Shown: positions 56,905-64,000 of the stretch, one piece after another | How positions within the stretch are numbered: position 1 is the stretch's first letter | How the letters are laid out: the number at the start of each line of letters is the position of its first letter | Source: Eledone cirrhosa | Taxonomy: Eukaryota | Assembly (NCBI GenBank): GCA_964016885.1 | Contig: OZ024745.1 | Location: 21,576,001 to 21,640,000 of the forward strand | Reading direction: 5' to 3' | Length of the DNA stretch: 64,000 nucleotides | The notes under the pieces: generated by a model | Databases searched by the model: none | What the model was told of the DNA's origin: nothing | What the model saw: the letters and a program-made list of their open reading frames with translations, nothing else | Position numbers and translations under genes: made by a program

Positions 56905-57758
56905 GGTTTCGGCCAGTATTAGTTATAATCATGTTTAAAGGGACAACATAACGCACACCAGTAAAGTGTTTTCAGAGACATATCTGGGTGTAAAGGGTTT
57001 ATCCGGACCTTTTTGGTGGAATTTGTTCAGGGACATCTTGCATTTTATAGAAACTTTTACTGTTTTGATGAATTTTGGTGTAATATTAAAGAGAAGATGA
57101 GCGAAGCAAAATAGTTGTATCTTACTGTTGTTATGGGATGTGAGGTAGATTTTTGTAGTGGGTGGATAATACAGATCCATGCCTTAGGTGGATTTCAAAG
57201 TTGATGCCAACATCATTTGGAAAATGTTGATGGAATATTTTCCACATCATATAAATGATGTAACGCTGATGTCTGCGTGTGAGAGAATAGAGTTTGTGTT
57301 TTTCTAGTCGACCCCAATAGCCAAGACCTGTCATACCGTTTAGGTTGCTTCAATTTTCACAATACTTTTTTTTTTTTTCGTGAGGGGAGACCCCAGTGAG
57401 AACAATATTCCAGATGGAGCCGCGCAAATGTAGAAATGAGAAGAGTAATGGAGTAAATATCACTATACCGCAAAATTCTAAGAATCCAAGAACACATCCT
57501 GCGGGCTTCGTCGTTTATGTGGCTACTTCGGCTTAGGTTGTTATTGACAATTACTGCACGATCTCGGCTGTTGTAGGATGCCACCAGGTTTTCATTTGAG
57601 GGAATGGAATATGGTAACTTTAGTGCATTCTCTTTTCCAATGAAGATTGTTTAAAATTTATTCTCTTTTTGAAACGTATTTTCGCTCATTGAATGTGTGT
57701 GTGTGTGTGACAGCTCACACCTATGTGTGTATGTGTGTGTGTGTGTGTGTGAGTGTGT

Positions 57759-57840
<82 letters not shown>

Positions 57841-58410
57841 GTGTGTGACAGCTCACACCTATGCAGGTTTAGCTGGCCTCCTCCAAGGTATATCTCGTTG
57901 GAGGTGTCTTGAGTGATTTAATGATTGGGACCCCAGTCCTATCATCTCATTTCTACAGCTAAGTAAACTGGAGCAATGTGGAATAAAGTGTCTTGGTCAA
58001 GGAAACAACACATCACCCGGTCCGAGAATTGAACTCACAACTTTCGATTGCAAGCCCAATGTTCTAACCACTAAGCCATGCGCCTTCACTCATTGAATAA
58101 CAAGGTATGTCTGGTATTCCACCCCGTTGATGACCTTCTGGAGTTTGGAATAACCTGTACAGATATTCCATACTACTGTGCTTGATGACGTCAATAATTT
58201 CATTGATATAAATAATTGTTTCTACGTTAGGCACAAGGCCAGCAATTATCCAGTGCATTACTGGTACTTTATTTTATCGAGCCCATTGATATAAACAATG
58301 AAGAAAGGTGGGCACAATATAGTTCCTTGGGTCACCACTACTGACTTTGGTTGAACTTGATTGTATTCCATCAACCACAATATGCTAGGCTCCGTTCCCC
58401 ATGAAACACA
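56905..58410 (-). mobile_element. Degenerate CR1-like LINE 3' part, interrupted by SINEs
   Basis: VTQGTILCPPFFIVYIN (GVPQGTILGP-like), ARRMCSWILR, RLHLEYCS, YWGRLEKHKLYSLTRRHQRYIIYMMWKI. Confidence 0.8.
57846..58088 (-). mobile_element. CORE-type SINE nested in the CR1-like relic
   Basis: Close copy of 11208-11450 with a long (CA)n tail. Confidence 0.85.
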
Positions 58411-58433
58411 TAATCCACACACACACACACACG

Positions 58434-58537
<104 letters not shown>

Positions 58538-59142
58538 TGGAGAGATAGATGGGAAGATAGATAGATAGATATGTAAATAGGTATGTATGTATTTATGTAT
58601 GCATGTAAGTATATATGTATGTATGCATGCATGTATGTATGTATGCATGTAAGTATATATGTATGTATGTATTTATGTATGTATGTATGTATGTATGTAT
58701 GTATGTTTGTATGTATGTATGTTATCTATTTCTCTTAATTTCGAGTATATTTTTTTGACTGGCCACTTTCCTGGTGGCAAGGTTATAAAAGAAAAGAAAT
58801 TGTCATCTCTTGAATCGCAAGAATGTTTCGCAAATTTTGAAGGTGCCAGCTATCGCAGCCATTTGTAGACTATGAATTAGGGAGCTGCGCTCTTTGTCCG
58901 CAAATCCAAGTTCAGTCATACTTTGGTCCAAGTGGGTTGGTATATAACCCGTAACTCCAATAATGATGGGTATGAAGCTAAAGGTGTATCTTGGATACTG
59001 GATTTGTAAACTCCTATGTATGTATGTATGTATGTATGTATGTATGTATGTATGTATGTATGTATGTACGAATGTATGTAGGTATGTAGGTATGTATGTA
59101 TGTATGTAGGTATGTATGTATGTATGTATGTAGGTATGTTAT

Positions 59143-61238
59143 GTCAGGTCACCAGTTGGTGCTACTGGTAACATGTATCCCAGTACAACCTGTCTCATGG
59201 TCGGGTCGTTGGCGACTAAACTGGCAACCCCACCAAGGTTTCTTGGTGAGGAGGGTGACTTTGGACATCCTGCAGGACTAAAAACAAAACCTGTCAAAGG
59301 GCAAAGGAGCTCTTAAGAGTCAATGGCCATCCAAAATCACCGGGAGAGATGACCCCTTTAGCCTTAGTCAAGGCAGAATTCTAGGAGAAGGAAAACTCTG
59401 ATATAACACCTGCAACCCTGATGGTATCCAATGATGTTGACTTGTTCTTCTTTTTGGTAAATAGCATCTTGGTTAAGAGAGTGGGACTGGCTTTGTGCAG
59501 TGCCTTTGCTCACTATAAAAGCTTCACGGCACAGGCATTGCTTTATATCTGGAGATCTCTCTGCACTTGTCCTCACATGGGCCCAGCACTATGTGTCAAT
59601 AATTGTCCTACCATGGGCCTAGCACTATGTGTCAATAATTGTCACAGGTGTAGTGTTTGTACCAGAGGTTTCGGGTCGCTGGCTGGACTAAAAAGTCACA
59701 CTCGTTCAGCGCTTCGGTAGGGGTTATCCTACATGGATGTAAAGTAGTGGCCGTACTCGAAAACGAGTTGGCAGCCACCATGTAGGTATGTAGGTATATA
59801 TGTATGTAGGTATGTAGGTATGTAGGTATGTCAGGTCACCAGTTGGTGCTACTGGTAACATGTATCCCAGTACAACCTGTCTCATGGTCGGATCGTTGGC
59901 GACTAAACTGGCAACCCCACCAAGGTTTCTTGGTGTGGAGGGTGACTTTGGACATCCTGCAGGACTAAAAACAAAACCTGTCAAAGGACAAAGGAGCTCT
60001 TAAGAGTCAATGGCCATCCAAAATCACTGCGAGAGATGACCCCTTTAGCCTTTGTCAAGGCAGAATTCTAGGAGAAGGAAAACTGATATAACACCTGCAA
60101 CTCTGATGGTATCCAATGATGTTGACTTGTTCTTCTTTTTGGTAAATATCATCTTGGTTAAGAGAGTGGGACTGGCTTCGTGCAGTGCCTTTGCTCACTA
60201 TAAAAGCTTCACGGCACAGGCATTGCTTTATATCTGGAGATCTCTCTTCACGTTTTGTCACAGGGTACCAATGGGCCTAGCACTATGTGTCAATAATTGT
60301 CACAGGTGTAGTGTTTGTACCAGTTTTCAAGTCGCTGGCTGGACTAAAAAGTCACACTCGTTCAGCGCATCAGTAGAAGTTCTCCTACATGGATATAAAG
60401 TAGTAGCCGTACTCGAAAACGAGTTGGCAGCCACCATGTATGTATGTATGTATGTATGTATGTATGTATGTATGTATGTATGTATGTATGTATGTATGTA
60501 TGTAGGTATGTACGAATGTATGTATGTATGTATATACGAATGTATGTATGTATGTATGTATGTATGTATGTATGTATGTATGTATGTAGGTATGTATGTA
60601 TGTAGGTATGTAGGTATGTATGTATGTATGTCAGGTCACCACTTGGTGCTACTGGTAACATGTATTCCAGTACAACCTGTCTCATGGTCGGGTCGTTGGC
60701 GACTAAACTGGCAACCCCACCAAGGTTTCTTGGTGAGGAGGGTGACTTTGGACATCCTGCAGGACTAAAAACAAAACCTGTCAAAGGGCAAGGGAGCTCT
60801 TAAGAGTCAATAGCCATCCAAAATCACCGGGAGAGATGATCCCTTAGCCTTTGTCAAGGCAGAATTCTAGGAGAAGGAAAACTCTGATATAACACCTGCA
60901 ACCCTGATGGTATCCAATGATGTTGACTTGTTCTTCTTTTTGGTAAATATCATCTTGGTTAAGAGAGTGGGACTGGCTTTGTGCAGTGCCTTTGCTCACT
61001 ATAAAAGCTTCACAGCACAGGCATTTCTTTATATCTGGAGATCTCTCTGCACTTGTCATCACATGGTACCATGGGCCCTGCACTATGTGTCAATAATGGT
61101 CACAAGTGTAGTCTTTGTACCAGAGTTTTCAAGTCGCTGGCTGGACTAAAAAGTCACATTCGTTCAGCGCATCGGTAGGGGTTCTCCTACATGGATATAA
61201 AGTAGTGGCCGTACTCGAAAACGAGTTGGCAGCCACCA
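59143..61238 (+). mobile_element. Three head-to-tail ~610-640-bp non-autonomous RTE-LINE derivatives separated by (TGTA)n
   Basis: Units 59143-59780, 59830-60436 and 60630-61238; 3' part encodes CSVCTRGFGSLAGLKSH (RTE-type terminal C2H2-like finger); ends ctcgaaaacgag..ggcagccacca + (TGTA)n. Confidence 0.72.
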
Positions 61239-61863
61239 TATGTATGTAGGTATGTAGGTATGTAGGTATGTGCACAGTCTTTCCTCACTTTAAAAAAATG
61301 TTCACGCACAGGCATTGCACGATAGAATTAATTAATAATTATTAATAATGGTATATCGTGCAATGGCCATACTCGATAACGAGGGGGCAGCCATCATGTA
61401 GGTATGTATGTATGTAAGTATGTATGTAGGTAGGTAGCTGGATGGTTCAGCAAATATGTGGGCAGAATGAGTGTTTTTGTTACGACGAGTGTTTGTTGTT
61501 ACGTGTGTATATAAACGTGGGCGTGCGCTCGTAGCTGTGAGCATGTGCACACTAGCATGTGTATGAATGCGTGCGTGCGCTCACGTGGGCTTGAGTTTGT
61601 CTGTGCGTATGTGTGTGTTTTAATATGCCTTGTTAGGAAAATACATCATTATTGAATTGTATTGGGGTTGTGTGGGTGTGGTAGTGGAGAAATGGGGGTG
61701 TGGCAGGGAGTGTTTAAAATGGGAGGTTGTAGAAAGGAGTATAGGGATGAGACGCCGAGGAATGGGCGCAGGGAGGAGGGTGTGGCATAAGGTGATAGGT
61801 TTTCACGAGGAAAGGTTACAAAGTTTGCAGAACATAACTGATACGAATGCAAAATACAAACAG

Positions 61864-61943
<80 letters not shown>

Positions 61944-62399
61944 GTACGTACATACAATCCCCAACATACACATACATACACACAAACTCGCACGCATACA
62001 CATGCATACGTACACACTCATATACAAGCTCACACACATACTGGCAAATATTGAAAGTCACACAAACTCACAAAGACATACTCGCAAGTATTCAAGCACA
62101 CACATTCACACACACAAACATTCACATAAACGCAATCACTCAAATACATACTCACAATTCTTCAAGTACACACACACATAAACACATACAGCATCACCAC
62201 CACAACAATAAACCCTAGCAGTAGCAACAACAACAACACCACTAACACTTCAGTCAAAGGCAACAGAAACAATAGGTTGAATCCAAAAGACAACACATTT
62301 TCGTTGAATAGCAGTCAGAAATAATGCCATACCACCACTACCACCACCACCACCAACACAACCACTTAAAAACAAAACACACCTTCACTAATGAGAGAC

Positions 62400-62940
62400 G
62401 TTAAGAAACTACAGATGTCTCTCATGGCACAGAGGAAGGACCCTGAGATAGAGAGAGAGATTTTCAAATCTATCACCAACAAAGTCTTCCAAAATCTACA
62501 AAAATATTCAAATTAAACATTGCCATATATAAAGCAACGAGGGGAATCTTCCCGCATGACATTGGAATCCCTAACGTCAAGGCCACCAATCAACCCCTAA
62601 ATACTTTCCCGAAAACACGATGAAAACCGAACCTTCCAATCTCCAAGAGCACTAGGAAGAAAAGTAGCCGCTCTTCTAAGAATACAAGCTGGAGGCTGGG
62701 GACTGCAGAAAATAGAGGTGCGTTTCCCTATGGGGCCTTTAGTGATCAGAACGTTCTTGGATATATGAGATTCCTAGATTATTCCTGGGTGGTACCCTAC
62801 TATATTGAGGAATGGTTTCGTTAGAGATTTGTTATTTGCTACTTTTGTTTTCTGTTTACGAATCTGTATGTAAACCCACCAAGTCCTTGATTAATATATT
62901 TTCCTCTGTGCTTTCAATCCCCAGTGGCTAATAAAATAAA
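62400..62940 (+). mobile_element. Highly decayed Tx1-like relic / 3' end
   Basis: ctgtatgtaaa...gtggctaataaa mirrors the 3' end of the element at 22279-22346. Confidence 0.45.
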
Positions 62941-63258
62941 TATTAGTATTCTTAGGTGGATTGGCAGAACTGGTTGAGTCAAAAGTCTGTCTCAATGCTT
63001 ATCCCGGTTTTCTTGGCGTTAAACAACTGAGTGTACAATACTCTCCTACTCTGGCCAGGGCGACAGTCCGTCGAATAGCTACTAGCAACTGGTGGTACTC
63101 ATTGTCAGCTGAGTAAACTCAACTGAAGCAACGTGAAATGAAGGTGTTTTGCATAAACAATTCAGCGCACAACTATGTCCAGAAATCTACCCGACGTCCT
63201 TATGGTCGTAAATACATTACTCTAACGACTATTCCATGTCTCTTCACAAATTTGCAGA

Positions 63259-64000
63259 ACTTCTAATCTATAGTATCACTTCTAATCTATAGTATCACTT
63301 CCAATCTATAGTATCACTTCTAATCTATAGTATCACTTCCAATCTATAGTATCACTTCTAATCTAGAGTATCACTTCCAATCTATAGTATCACTTCTAAT
63401 CTATAGTATCACTTCTAATCTATAGTATCACTTCTAATCTATAGTATCACTTCCAATCTATAGTATCACTTCTAATCTATAGTATCACTTCCAATCTATA
63501 GTATCACTTCGAATCTATAGTATCACTTCCAATCTATAGTATCTCACTTCTAATCTATAGTATCTCACTTCAAATCTATAGTATCACTTCTAATCTATAG
63601 TATCTCACTTCTAATCTATAGTATCTCACTTCTAATCTATAGTATATCACTTCTAATCTATGGTATCACTGCTAATCTATAGTATCTCACTTCTAATCTA
63701 TAGTATCTCACTTCTAATCTATAGTATCTCATTTCTAATCTATAGTATCACTTCCAATCTATAGTATCACTTCTAATCTATAGTATCACTTCTAATCTAT
63801 AGTATCTCACTTCTAATCTATAGTATCTAACTTCTAATCTATAGTATCACTTCTAATATATAGTATCACTCTTAATCTATAGTATCACATTTAATCTATA
63901 GTATCTCTCTTCTAATATATAGTATCACTTCTAATATATAGTATCACTTCTAATCTATAGTATCACATTTAATCTATAGTATCTCACTTCCAATCTATAG
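63259..64000. repeat. Tandem satellite, 19-bp unit cttctaatctatagtatca with 21-bp variants
   Basis: More than 35 units running off the window end. Confidence 0.97.

Noticed and set aside
63259-64000. Regular short repeats as a possible CRISPR array
   Set aside because: Contiguous 19/21-bp units with no unique spacers, no cas genes, eukaryotic context.

Overview
AT-rich, repeat-saturated eukaryotic genomic DNA. The microsatellite load and the CORE- and Meta-type tRNA SINEs suggest a cephalopod such as Octopus (inference only). No host protein-coding gene can be supported; most listed ORFs are microsatellite artefacts. Recognisable coding remnants are one near-full-length but disabled L1/Tx1 LINE (16.5-22.35 kb, inserted in a (TCTA)n tract), four 5'-truncated Penelope-like elements (PLEs) with GIY-YIG endonuclease remnants, a mariner transposase relic and a CR1-like LINE relic. 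The window also holds three head-to-tail non-autonomous RTE derivatives in (TGTA)n, many SINEs and MITEs, a ~9 kb GGT/ACC trinucleotide block and a 19-bp satellite. The main signal is about 18 type-I hammerhead-ribozyme (HHR) folds, read by eye, from several PLE-related families. Most lie in inverted (fold-back) structures embedded in (TA)n, ranging from ORF-bearing elements down to ORF-less palindromes of 140-740 bp. Many have self-complementary stem III loops, some have atypical cores or a ~100-nt stem II, and several families share a GAGTGCT motif downstream. Coordinates were counted by hand and may be off by a few bases; no folding or homology search was run.
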